DNA of 30,440 nucleotides from Candidatus Uhrbacteria bacterium (lineage in GTDB: Bacteria > Patescibacteriota > Patescibacteriia > UBA9934 > UBA11717): assembly GCA_013203725.1 (NCBI GenBank), contig JABMPK010000003.1, positions 1 to 30,440 on the forward strand. Direction: 5' to 3'. Position 1 is the stretch's first letter. Each line of letters opens with the position of its first letter. Positions 1 through 8,408 of this stretch are shown here, piece after piece. The notes below the pieces were generated by a model that made no database searches, had not been told where the DNA came from, and worked only from the letters and a program-made list of their open reading frames with translations. Both the position numbers and the translations under genes were made by a program.

Positions 1-1
1 A

Positions 2-117
2 GCCAGTAGCGCAATGCTACTGATGAGGGTCTTGCAAACCCGTTTCTAAGCCCGAGCTCATCTGAGCTCGGGACTCCAACTAGACATTGATTCTACAACC
101 ATCAATCTCTCGAGGAG
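2..117 (+). repeat. 116-bp intergenic repeat, copy 1 (three-hairpin structured motif + leader + SD)
   Basis: Identical to 452-567 except T15/C465. Hairpins at 4-22, 27-41 and 51-72; ends in GAGGAG 6 nt before ATG 124. Confidence 0.95.
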
Positions 118-123
118 ATAAAC

Positions 124-459
124 ATGCCCGAGCCAAAGTTCGTACACGTCCCGCCGACTCTCTACATCTGTTTCGGATACAGACTGCATGTCGGTATCTG
201 TCACATCGTACTGCGTGGACATTGCGCCCAGGTCTTCGACGAAATGGCGAAGGAGGTCGCGGAACTCGAAGTACTGGACGGCCTGCTCTATGACGACCCT
301 GCGTTCGAGTCGCCGCTGCAGCTTGATGCAGCCGTCCGCGAAACGTTCGTGTCATACGACAGAATGGCGGTTCAGAAGCAGTGGGCCAAGTACCACAGTG
401 ACGCGGAGCACGCCGCTGGTCGGAAGTGCCGGCAGCGCAAATGTCACCAGTGCCAGTAG
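124..459 (+). CDS. Small hypothetical protein (111 aa), paralog of 574-879
   Basis: GAGGAG SD; ungapped 20/85 identity to the next ORF; the stop TAG lies inside hairpin 1 of repeat copy 2. Confidence 0.85.
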   Translation: MPEPKFVHVPPTLYICFGYRLHVGICHIVLRGHCAQVFDEMAKEVAELEVLDGLLYDDPAFESPLQLDAAVRETFVSYDRMAVQKQWAKYHSDAEHAAGRKCRQRKCHQCQ

Positions 460-567
460 CGCAACGCTACTGATGAGGGTCTTGCAAACCCGTTTCTAAG
501 CCCGAGCTCATCTGAGCTCGGGACTCCAACTAGACATTGATTCTACAACCATCAATCTCTCGAGGAG
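452..567 (+). repeat. 116-bp intergenic repeat, copy 2
   Basis: Exactly 450 bp after copy 1, one mismatch; hairpins at 454-472, 477-491 and 501-522. Confidence 0.95.
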
Positions 568-573
568 TCAGAC

Positions 574-879
574 ATGCCGAGCAACGACGAGCTTTTTCTG
601 GGGCGTATGGTCTTCGTGGCGTTTCCTGACATGTTGCACCTTGGCGTGTGTAGCATGGAAGTGAAGGGCATTTTCGGGGAAGTCCTGAACGAGGATGGTG
701 ATCGACTCTTCGACCTGGCCATCGACGAAGGCATCGTCCATGACGATGCTGGAGAGGTCTTCGAATTCGAGTTCGAAGTGGTCATGGGAGGAATGTTCGC
801 ATCCTTCGACCGCGCAAAGGTCCAGGAGTTCTTCCTGCGACAGTCCAGGATCGCAACGATCTTGATGAGGGCTGAATAA
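574..879 (+). CDS. Small acidic hypothetical protein (101 aa), paralog of 124-459
   Basis: GAGGAG SD; shares F-x3-LH-x-G-x-C, G-x3-DD and F-x-S-x-DR-x2-VQ with ORF 124-459 in the same register. Confidence 0.85.
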   Translation: MPSNDELFLGRMVFVAFPDMLHLGVCSMEVKGIFGEVLNEDGDRLFDLAIDEGIVHDDAGEVFEFEFEVVMGGMFASFDRAKVQEFFLRQSRIATILMRAE

Positions 880-921
880 GCCCGTTTCTACTGCACGAGC
901 CTTGAGCTCGTGTTTCCTTTT
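846..921 (+). ncRNA. Diverged third copy of the three-hairpin motif; last hairpin followed by a T-rich tract (terminator-like)
   Basis: CAGGATCG-CAA-CGATCTTG, ATGA, GGGC-N7-GCCC, GTTTCTA, CACGAGC-N5-GCTCGTG, TTTCCTTTT; compensatory changes relative to copies 1 and 2. Confidence 0.75.
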
Positions 922-971
922 GCTCGAATCCTATTCGTCTAGTAAGATGTCCCTATATTAATTGATAGATT

Positions 972-2801
972 ATGTGTGGGATTGTTGGCTATTTTGGAAA
1001 AAAGGAGGCTCAACCTGTATTAATGGAAGGGCTCAGGCGGCTTGAATATCGTGGATACGATTCGGCTGGGATCGCGACTATGGAGGGCGATGTTATTCGA
1101 ATTACTCGGTCTGTTGGAAAGGTGAGCGAGCTTGCAGCGTTGATTAAAGAGGGAGACCAGTCGAACGTTGGGATCGCCCACACACGTTGGGCGACTCACG
1201 GGAAGCCTACAGAAAGTAACGCTCATCCACACAGGAGTAACGACGGAAAAGTTGCGGTTGTCCACAACGGGATAATTGAAAACTACAAGGAGCTCAAGGA
1301 AATGTTACAGCGGTCAGGTGCCACGTTCGTTTCCGAAACTGATACGGAGGTTATTGCGCATCTGATTCGTCATGAACTTAGTTCGGGTATAAATTTGGTT
1401 GATGCGACTCGTACAGCTCTAGTTCAACTCAAGGGAACGTATGGCATTATCGTAATGTCGTCGGAATATCCAGACTACATAGTAGCTGCTCGTATGGGAT
1501 CGCCGTTGATTTTGGGAGTTGGCGACAATGAACACTACATAGCATCGGATGCATCTGCAATTTTGCGCTACACACGCCAGATGGTCTACTTGGACGATGG
1601 AGAGATTGCAGTTGTTGGCCGTGGTGGTTTTGATATTCGCACATTGGGTAACAAGATGGTCGAGAAAGAAATCGAACTGATAGATGCGGCCGAGGCTGAG
1701 ATTCAGAAGATGGGGTATCCGCATTTCATGATGAAGGAGATGATGGAGCAGCCCGATGTTTTGCTAAACTCTACTCGCGGACGGCTTGATGTTGAAAACG
1801 GTATGGCGATTCTGGGTGGACTGCGTGATGTGGCCGACCGTCTTCGCGACATTGAACGGGTTATTATTGTTGGATGTGGTTCTGCATACTACGCGGGACT
1901 CGTTGGCGAGTACATGTTGGAGGAGTATGCGGGAATTCCAGTTGAGGTGGAGCTTGGGTCCGAGTTTAGATATCGCAAACCTATTATTTCAAAAAATACG
2001 GTCGTAATTGCAATCTCGCAAAGCGGAGAGACTGCCGACACGCTTGCTGCTGTTCGTGAAGCTAAAGAAAAGGGCGCGCTGACACTTGGAATAGTGAACG
2101 CGGTAGGGTCGACCATAGCGCGCGAGACAGATGCAGGAGTCTATAACCATGCGGGACCAGAGATCGGTGTCGCTTCAACAAAAGCATTCGTGTCGCAGAT
2201 GACGGTGCTCGCATTGTTCACGCTATTTCTTGGTCGTCAGCGTTCAATGTCGCTCGTGACAGGGCAGAGGATCGCGAAAGAAATTTTGGAGCTTCCAGAT
2301 AAGGTAAAAGAAATTTTGATACAACAAGACAAGATAGGAGATATTGGTTTGCGTTACAAAGATGTTGCGCATGCGTACTTTCTCGGACGGAAATACTGTA
2401 ACCCGATCGCAATGGAGGGGGCGTTGAAGTTGAAAGAGATATCGTACATTCATGCAGAGGGATATGCGGCAGGGGAGATGAAGCACGGACCGATCGCGCT
2501 TATTGAAGACGGCTTTCCCGTGATCGTTTTAGCTCCAAAAGATTCTGTATACGATAAGTCGATGAGTAACTTGGAGGAAATTCGTGCGCGTGGTGGACGA
2601 GTGATTATGGTTACTACTGAGGGGTGTGAGATTGATAGAAATTTGGTCGATGACGTAATCTTTATTCCAAAGACTTTGGAGATGTTGACACCAATCTTGG
2701 CGGTGATTCCTCTGCAGCTTCTTGCGTACTTTGTGACAATAGAGAAAGGGTTAGATCCGGACATGCCGCGTAATCTTGCAAAATCTGTTACAGTTGAGTA
2801 A
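972..2801 (+). CDS. glmS: Glutamine--fructose-6-phosphate transaminase (isomerizing)
   Basis: N-terminal MCGIVG, HTRWATHG, SQSGETADT, C-terminal PRNLAKSVTVE. Confidence 0.99.
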   Translation: MCGIVGYFGKKEAQPVLMEGLRRLEYRGYDSAGIATMEGDVIRITRSVGKVSELAALIKEGDQSNVGIAHTRWATHGKPTESNAHPHRSNDGKVAVVHNGIIENYKELKEMLQRSGATFVSETDTEVIAHLIRHELSSGINLVDATRTALVQLKGTYGIIVMSSEYPDYIVAARMGSPLILGVGDNEHYIASDASAILRYTRQMVYLDDGEIAVVGRGGFDIRTLGNKMVEKEIELIDAAEAEIQKMGYPHFMMKEMMEQPDVLLNSTRGRLDVENGMAILGGLRDVADRLRDIERVIIVGCGSAYYAGLVGEYMLEEYAGIPVEVELGSEFRYRKPIISKNTVVIAISQSGETADTLAAVREAKEKGALTLGIVNAVGSTIARETDAGVYNHAGPEIGVASTKAFVSQMTVLALFTLFLGRQRSMSLVTGQRIAKEILELPDKVKEILIQQDKIGDIGLRYKDVAHAYFLGRKYCNPIAMEGALKLKEISYIHAEGYAAGEMKHGPIALIEDGFPVIVLAPKDSVYDKSMSNLEEIRARGGRVIMVTTEGCEIDRNLVDDVIFIPKTLEMLTPILAVIPLQLLAYFVTIEKGLDPDMPRNLAKSVTVE

Positions 2802-3766
2802 TGAAAGTTGTAACCAACAAGGAGGATTGGAATGATTTTGTATCCGACCACGGTCCGCGGTCGGGGGCTTTTTTGCAATCCTGGGAGTGGGGAGAGTTGC
2901 AAGAGGAACTTGGGCATGAAGTTTCTAGGTATGCTACAAGCGACGCGCGAGCTCAGCTTGTGGAACATAAGCTTCCCGCGGGACAGACGTACCATTACAT
3001 TCCACGCGGACCAGTCAGCAAGTCGGCTGCGAGCTCGTCGGACCTGCTGAAGCTGCTAGCGGACGATCTTGCTGAAGATATATTTCTTCGTGTTGATCCC
3101 GTTCATACGTTTTCGACAACGGACTTGAACCTTTCTGTTAAAAATACAAAAGATGTTCAACCTTCAGCTACGTTGATTACGAGCTTGATACAAAACGAGA
3201 GCGACTTGCTAGAAGAGATGCATGGCAAGACGCGCTACAACATCCGGCTCGCGGAGAAACGTGGGGTGCAAATCAAGATAGGAGTCGAGGATGCGCTCGG
3301 TGCATTCGTTGACCTTGTTACTGAGACGTCTACTCGACATGGAATTAGAGCTCACGATCGCAAGCACTACGAGATGATTTTGAAGCACTTGGATGGTAGC
3401 GATAATGCACCTCGCGCCTTTTTAACGATAGCGACTCATGATGGCGACATCTTGGCGACGGCAATGTGCCTGGACTGGAACGGGACTCGTACTTACCTGC
3501 ATGGCGCGAGCTCGGATATCAAAAAAAATCTGATGGCGCCACACTTGCTTCACTGGAAGCTGGTGGATGACGCTAAAAGTCACGGACTTACCGCCTACGA
3601 CTGGTGGGGAATTGCACCAGAAGGCCAGCCAGAGCATCCGCTTCAGGGTGTGACCAGATTCAAGAAAGGCTTTGGTGGCGAGATTGTGGCGTCACCAAGT
3701 ACTATCGACCTTGTTATAAAGCCGCTTTGGTATCGGGCGTACACTTTCATGAAAAAATTCAAATAA
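2801..3766 (+). CDS. FemAB/FemX-family peptidoglycan bridge aminoacyltransferase
   Basis: FLQSWEWG, KTRYNIRLA, YDWWGI, GVTRFKKGFGG; TAATG overlap with glmS. Confidence 0.9.
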   Translation: MKVVTNKEDWNDFVSDHGPRSGAFLQSWEWGELQEELGHEVSRYATSDARAQLVEHKLPAGQTYHYIPRGPVSKSAASSSDLLKLLADDLAEDIFLRVDPVHTFSTTDLNLSVKNTKDVQPSATLITSLIQNESDLLEEMHGKTRYNIRLAEKRGVQIKIGVEDALGAFVDLVTETSTRHGIRAHDRKHYEMILKHLDGSDNAPRAFLTIATHDGDILATAMCLDWNGTRTYLHGASSDIKKNLMAPHLLHWKLVDDAKSHGLTAYDWWGIAPEGQPEHPLQGVTRFKKGFGGEIVASPSTIDLVIKPLWYRAYTFMKKFK

Positions 3767-3792
3767 AACACCAGGCATAGGCCTGGTGTTTT
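3765..3792. terminator. Bidirectional intrinsic terminator
   Basis: AAAACACCAGGC-ATAG-GCCTGGTGTTTT between convergent genes. Confidence 0.9.
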
Positions 3793-3793
3793 T

Positions 3794-5785
3794 CTATTCT
3801 ACGACTACTCCTTTATTTTCGGCGAATATGTCGTTTGGAAGTTCTGATGTAAGTGCCGACGCAGATGTTGATACCTGCGAACCGGTCACTGTATCAAACG
3901 CTGTGGCCGAGCTTGGACCCAGAAGGTCCAGGAAGGTTCCAACGTCTGCGGAACTTGGGTTCACTTTCATGTCGAAGATGGCTACTGGTTGTTCTGAACC
4001 AGCGTTTAAATTGCCAACTGACCAACGCACTCTTTTCGCCACACTGTCGTAGTGCAACGTGCCAACGGAGCTTGATACCAGTCCACCCCATGTACTGTCG
4101 GAGGGAATTGGTGCAACCATTACCAGGTTTTCTACATCGTTCAATGCATTCGCAACAGACCATGTAACGCGGTAAGTAGTCTCTTGACCGACCTGTGGTG
4201 GCATTGATCCTGAACCAACTTTCGAGCCAGTATCGTCGTAGTACATGGCGTCAGAAGTTGCTCTAATGTCGGACGCGATTTGAATCACTATCGTTGTTGA
4301 TTCAATTTTGCTGTTAATCTCTAGACCACCAATACTTGTAATACGAGCCTCAGCTCGAAGCTCGATTATCGTAGGACCATCGTCGTTAGTCGGAATTGCA
4401 AGGTCTATACTTGCATCTTCTCCACCACGCAATGTTTCTAAACGGCTCAAGTCAGTGTCGTCCCAGTTAATCTTGTTGCCATGAACGTCACCCTTTGGAA
4501 TCCCCTCACGCTCTGCAAGATTTAGTCGACTCATGCCCTCGTCAACAAACAGTTCGATTGTAATTTCTTCTGCTGACTCTTCTCCACGGTTATCTAACGA
4601 CACATTTACTATGATGTCGTCTCCCGGCAAGATTATTGAGTCACCTGTCCGTCCATTTACGATCAGGGAGAGCGCGAAGTCACTTGCAAGCACTGTGCTT
4701 GTGAATGATGAACGTGCTTGCTCAACGAATTTATTGTTCAGATTGATACCGACAACGGAAGAGAGTTCTTGTTCACCCTGCACGTCTGATGCGAACGATC
4801 CGCTAACCGTCATCTCAAACTTTTCTTCACTGCTGAGCGCCGGGATGACCCAAATCGGTTGATTCTCTTCCGATGTCTCAACGCTGCTCGTATTAATCAC
4901 GAATCCCTGTGGGAGTTCGAGCCTTAACTCAAGGCCGTTCACTGTTTCTCCTTCATTATTATGCTCCACAGTTATTCTGTACTCCTGCGACTCGCCTGGG
5001 ATCGATCGATCCGGACCGTCTATCGCAGTTGCAAAGACACTTTCTTCGATTATGAAGCTGTCTGACTCAATGTCTTCAAACGGCGAGGAAAAGTTTGCAG
5101 GTGTGTAGCGAGAGATCGTCTGAATTGTAACTGCGGATCCTGGTTTTTCGTAAAACGTTCCCTCGACTAGAATCTCGCCATGCTCGTTTGGTGCAAGCGA
5201 GCCAATCTTCCATTCAAGAGGGTCTTGTTCGATTGGATCTGGGAGCGTTCTGTTTAGAACAAAGTTTTCTGGAAGGTGTAATGTAATTTCTACGTCTGCA
5301 AGCGGTACATTGCCCGGGTTATTGTAGGGGATAGTGATCTCTGTCATCTTTCCGCTTACAATACCTTCCTCTGGAGTGTTTATGTCGAAGGTCAGTGCGT
5401 CCTGCTGTCCATCGCTGAACGGATTATTTAACAGCACGGTGCCTGCTAGTCCTGCTGCAACTGCTATTAAAACTAATAGTGTTGATAGCAGAATACGTCT
5501 TACAACTGGTGTCCGGATTATGTCCAACTTGGACATGTCGATATCCTCATCACGTTCAACATCGAGCTCGTAAATGTATCGCAGACTTTCTTCCGGTGTC
5601 TGAGGGTCGTCGTCTTCTCTTAGCTCATCGTCTTCGTGCTCCGAGCCGTGCTGCACCTCAACATCATCTTCCTTTTTGTGATGCTTAGCGCGTGAGTGCT
5701 TTTGCTTTTTGTGTGGGTGAGTGATGCGCTTCTTTGGCTTGTGATGTTTCTCGCTTTTTTTCTTCTTCTTGTGATCGTCAGACAT
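3794..5785 (-). CDS. Membrane-anchored protein with DUF11-like/Ig-like extracellular repeats
   Basis: Lys/His-rich then acidic N-terminus, one TM helix (ILLSTLLVLIAVAAGLAGTVLL), beta-rich repeats (WKIGSL, WSVGNL). Family name from recall. Confidence 0.7.
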   Translation of the reverse strand: MSDDHKKKKKSEKHHKPKKRITHPHKKQKHSRAKHHKKEDDVEVQHGSEHEDDELREDDDPQTPEESLRYIYELDVERDEDIDMSKLDIIRTPVVRRILLSTLLVLIAVAAGLAGTVLLNNPFSDGQQDALTFDINTPEEGIVSGKMTEITIPYNNPGNVPLADVEITLHLPENFVLNRTLPDPIEQDPLEWKIGSLAPNEHGEILVEGTFYEKPGSAVTIQTISRYTPANFSSPFEDIESDSFIIEESVFATAIDGPDRSIPGESQEYRITVEHNNEGETVNGLELRLELPQGFVINTSSVETSEENQPIWVIPALSSEEKFEMTVSGSFASDVQGEQELSSVVGINLNNKFVEQARSSFTSTVLASDFALSLIVNGRTGDSIILPGDDIIVNVSLDNRGEESAEEITIELFVDEGMSRLNLAEREGIPKGDVHGNKINWDDTDLSRLETLRGGEDASIDLAIPTNDDGPTIIELRAEARITSIGGLEINSKIESTTIVIQIASDIRATSDAMYYDDTGSKVGSGSMPPQVGQETTYRVTWSVANALNDVENLVMVAPIPSDSTWGGLVSSSVGTLHYDSVAKRVRWSVGNLNAGSEQPVAIFDMKVNPSSADVGTFLDLLGPSSATAFDTVTGSQVSTSASALTSELPNDIFAENKGVVVE

Positions 5786-5786
5786 A

Positions 5787-8390
5787 CTATGGGCGCTCCA
5801 AAATCATTCCAAAGAATCCGTCAGTATTTTTATCCATATGGAACTGTGAGACGGTATCGGCCGTTGACCACAGTGGTCGCAGTGGGCCTGAGTTGAATGT
5901 GTAGTGCGTTTCTCTGACCTCCACTCCGGACTGTGCTTGGATTATTATGTTGTGCTTCACAGTTTTTGGAATCCCGATGTATGACCCAAGCTGCGACAAC
6001 GTTTCGTTCTCTGGCTCGTCCAAGATATCGTTTGGAAGTAGATATCGGAAGGTGAGCGTGCTTGATGTTCCGGGCTTTGTCTGTAGCCAGTGACCAAAGC
6101 TTGTTTTTCCAAGACCTTCGGTGATGAGTGTGCCTGTATTCTCGTCTACCACAGTTGTCTCAATCCGAGCCAGATCCTTGTCAACGGACAGACCTTCCAG
6201 TGACTCAAACAAACTCTCGTCTGGTGGGTTAGCTCCCGTTACACTGAGCAGCTCACTTCCTCGTGGTACAAATATTCTTGTAAACGACACGTTGTTCGCT
6301 CCAGAAAATGTCGCTGATGCCAATCCGTGATGAGCACGTTCGATTGTAACAAGGTTTTCTATTCTTCCATCACCTCTAACGGTGCTTTTGATGTCGATTT
6401 TATCGTCAATTACGCCGTCGGTCTTTCCGCCTCCGATATTTGCGTGAGTTACCATCAAGTAGTCACCCGTGTTTCCAAGCATAGCTCCGTCCCAACCAAG
6501 TTTTGATAGAGAAGACTGGATGTTTGGATTTGTATGGAATATTTGTATGTCACGATCAGATAATGCCTGGGAAAACAGCTGCGCTATTTGCAAAAACTGT
6601 TCACCATCTGCGCTTGTTATCTTTTCAAGTAGTGGAGGTGCAAGATCACCAATAAGACTCTTTGGCTGATTGAGTTCCTTGTCGTAATCAACTTCAACCT
6701 GCTTCTGTGTTTGGAATAGGAAGTTTTCTCCATCAATCGTCATGCCATATTCTGGTAGTTCGATAGGGCCTGTAACGTCGATCAACCTTGCGACCAACGT
6801 TGCGTTGATAGCAATGACACCGTCAACAGATGGACCGCCGCCTTCTTCGTAAAACTTCATCGCTTTCGATGCGCTTGTTGGGAAGTCTGGGAACCAGTTT
6901 GCGTCTTGCAACTCCCAACGACCGCGCAATAGCTGGAGTGGCCCTGGAGCCTGTACCTGCATTTGAAGCTGGCCTTGCTGATCGTAGGTTCCTCCTCCTG
7001 GAATGTTCATAGCCTCTAGCTCACCGTCCAAGATGTCTATCTCGGCAAGAGACCCCCAGAATCCTCCGGTTGGTCGTAGCTCTGTGTTGTTTTGGAAAAG
7101 TACAAGGTATCGTTGGCGCTGTTGGTGGCCAAGTAGCGCCTGAATTGAGTCGGAAGACTCATGAAATATTTCTAGAGAGGCGGTTACTTTAATAAGTATG
7201 TCTTCAATATCGCGTACCGTAGCGCGGTTCGATGCTGGGATTGAAGATACATTAATTTTTGCAAGTGCTTCGTTGGCAAGATGCAGATCTGGGATTGCTT
7301 GTTCTGCAAAAACATCGAATAGGGACACTGCAGCTGCAGGTGATGCTGTCGTGCGGTTTGCAACGGTCGCCATTCCGTCTGTCAAAGTGGCTGCCGCGCG
7401 CGAAGTCGCTTCACCAGCTTGCAGCAACAGCTTACCGTCCTTAACTTGCTTGCCGGTCGACGGGATGAGCTTCGCGATTCCAAGCAACTGTCGGTTTGCG
7501 GTTGATAGCTCTTCTTGTGCAGCTGCAAAAGAGCTTGCTGCTCGGTCGAACGAGTCTGTGGCACCGCCAAAATCCTGGGATGCAGCTGCCGTAGCCGCGC
7601 TCTCCAATGAGCCAAGTGCTGCAAGCCCACTCTCCATGATTGATCCTTGCGCCCGACCAACATCGTTGAGAGTTGTAACGGCGTGGATTGGAAGAACCAC
7701 TGCAAAAGACAAGCCTACAAACACTGTCAGTGTCTTCATCCAGCCGACCTGCATAGTTCGACGCGTTTTCTGTCGTGGAATTTTAACAAGCTTTGTTTTT
7801 TGCATTGTTTTGCGAGCCTGCACTTGCCTTACAGGTTCTGCAATCGCTGGCAGGTCAGCTAGCTCTTCAGCAACTGCGATGTCGTCGATCAGATCATCCA
7901 ATGTAAGCAGCGGCGCATCGAGTTCTTCGTATGCTGCTTCTACTTGTGACTCGTCTACCTCAATTTGGTCAATAAAGTCGTCAACGCTAATCACATCATA
8001 AACTGGGTGCAGTGCAGTTGTGCGCTTTGAACGTGTAACTTCTGGGAATCGTATTGAACCGTCGGAAACTTGGCTCCAAACGTCGGAGTCTTCCACCTTA
8101 AGGTCGTTGCCATACATCTCTTCAATTGTAGGTGTGTGTTGGAACGCCTCTGTAACCAAGAAGTTTGTTGATGTTACAGGTGACTCTTCTACAATCTCGT
8201 CTTCAATTTCAAAACGAATCACGTATGGTGATTCTGGGTGCGCGGTGTGAGTTGTAATTGCTGGGGAGTAGACATTGTTCGACACAGAAACAACAATAGC
8301 CTGATCTTCCAGATTAGGCTCATCTTCGAATATCGCATGGCCGATGATATTCAACGGTGCGCGATTATGTGATGTTGGTCGCTGAGGCAT
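5787..8390 (-). CDS. DUF4012 domain-containing membrane protein
   Basis: YLVLFQNNTELRPTGGF, WELQDANWFPDFPTSA, VDGVIAIN; one TM segment; next to glycosyltransferases. Confidence 0.85.
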   Translation of the reverse strand: MPQRPTSHNRAPLNIIGHAIFEDEPNLEDQAIVVSVSNNVYSPAITTHTAHPESPYVIRFEIEDEIVEESPVTSTNFLVTEAFQHTPTIEEMYGNDLKVEDSDVWSQVSDGSIRFPEVTRSKRTTALHPVYDVISVDDFIDQIEVDESQVEAAYEELDAPLLTLDDLIDDIAVAEELADLPAIAEPVRQVQARKTMQKTKLVKIPRQKTRRTMQVGWMKTLTVFVGLSFAVVLPIHAVTTLNDVGRAQGSIMESGLAALGSLESAATAAASQDFGGATDSFDRAASSFAAAQEELSTANRQLLGIAKLIPSTGKQVKDGKLLLQAGEATSRAAATLTDGMATVANRTTASPAAAVSLFDVFAEQAIPDLHLANEALAKINVSSIPASNRATVRDIEDILIKVTASLEIFHESSDSIQALLGHQQRQRYLVLFQNNTELRPTGGFWGSLAEIDILDGELEAMNIPGGGTYDQQGQLQMQVQAPGPLQLLRGRWELQDANWFPDFPTSASKAMKFYEEGGGPSVDGVIAINATLVARLIDVTGPIELPEYGMTIDGENFLFQTQKQVEVDYDKELNQPKSLIGDLAPPLLEKITSADGEQFLQIAQLFSQALSDRDIQIFHTNPNIQSSLSKLGWDGAMLGNTGDYLMVTHANIGGGKTDGVIDDKIDIKSTVRGDGRIENLVTIERAHHGLASATFSGANNVSFTRIFVPRGSELLSVTGANPPDESLFESLEGLSVDKDLARIETTVVDENTGTLITEGLGKTSFGHWLQTKPGTSSTLTFRYLLPNDILDEPENETLSQLGSYIGIPKTVKHNIIIQAQSGVEVRETHYTFNSGPLRPLWSTADTVSQFHMDKNTDGFFGMILERP

Positions 8391-8408
8391 GGGTCAAAGC
8401 TGAGAGGA

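Noticed and set aside
20-48. Hammerhead ribozyme (CUGAUGA followed by a stem)
   Set aside because: After stem II all copies read GUUUC, not the required GAAA; the CUG is paired in H1 and copy 3 has UUG.
21-60. Twister ribozyme (GAGGG and CUAAGCCC) or C/D-box K-turn (UGAUGA/CUGA)
   Set aside because: The element order does not fit twister, and AAGCCC is not kept after GUUUCU in copy 3. The CUGA position differs between copies.
2-567. Integron attC sites or a CRISPR array
   Set aside because: No RYYYAAC...GTTRRRY ends and no integrase in the window. The repeat (116 bp) and spacers (whole ORFs) are far outside CRISPR sizes, and there are no cas genes.
846-971. glmS ribozyme upstream of glmS
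   Set aside because: UUGAUGAGG resembles UUGACGAGG, but the AGCGCC cleavage segment and the downstream core elements are not present.
7198-8001. 267-aa plus-strand ORF and similar shadows (2450-2995, 14666-15079, 15073-15492, 29133-29477, 29592-30070)
   Set aside because: Antisense to well-supported genes, with low-complexity or implausible translations and no start signals.
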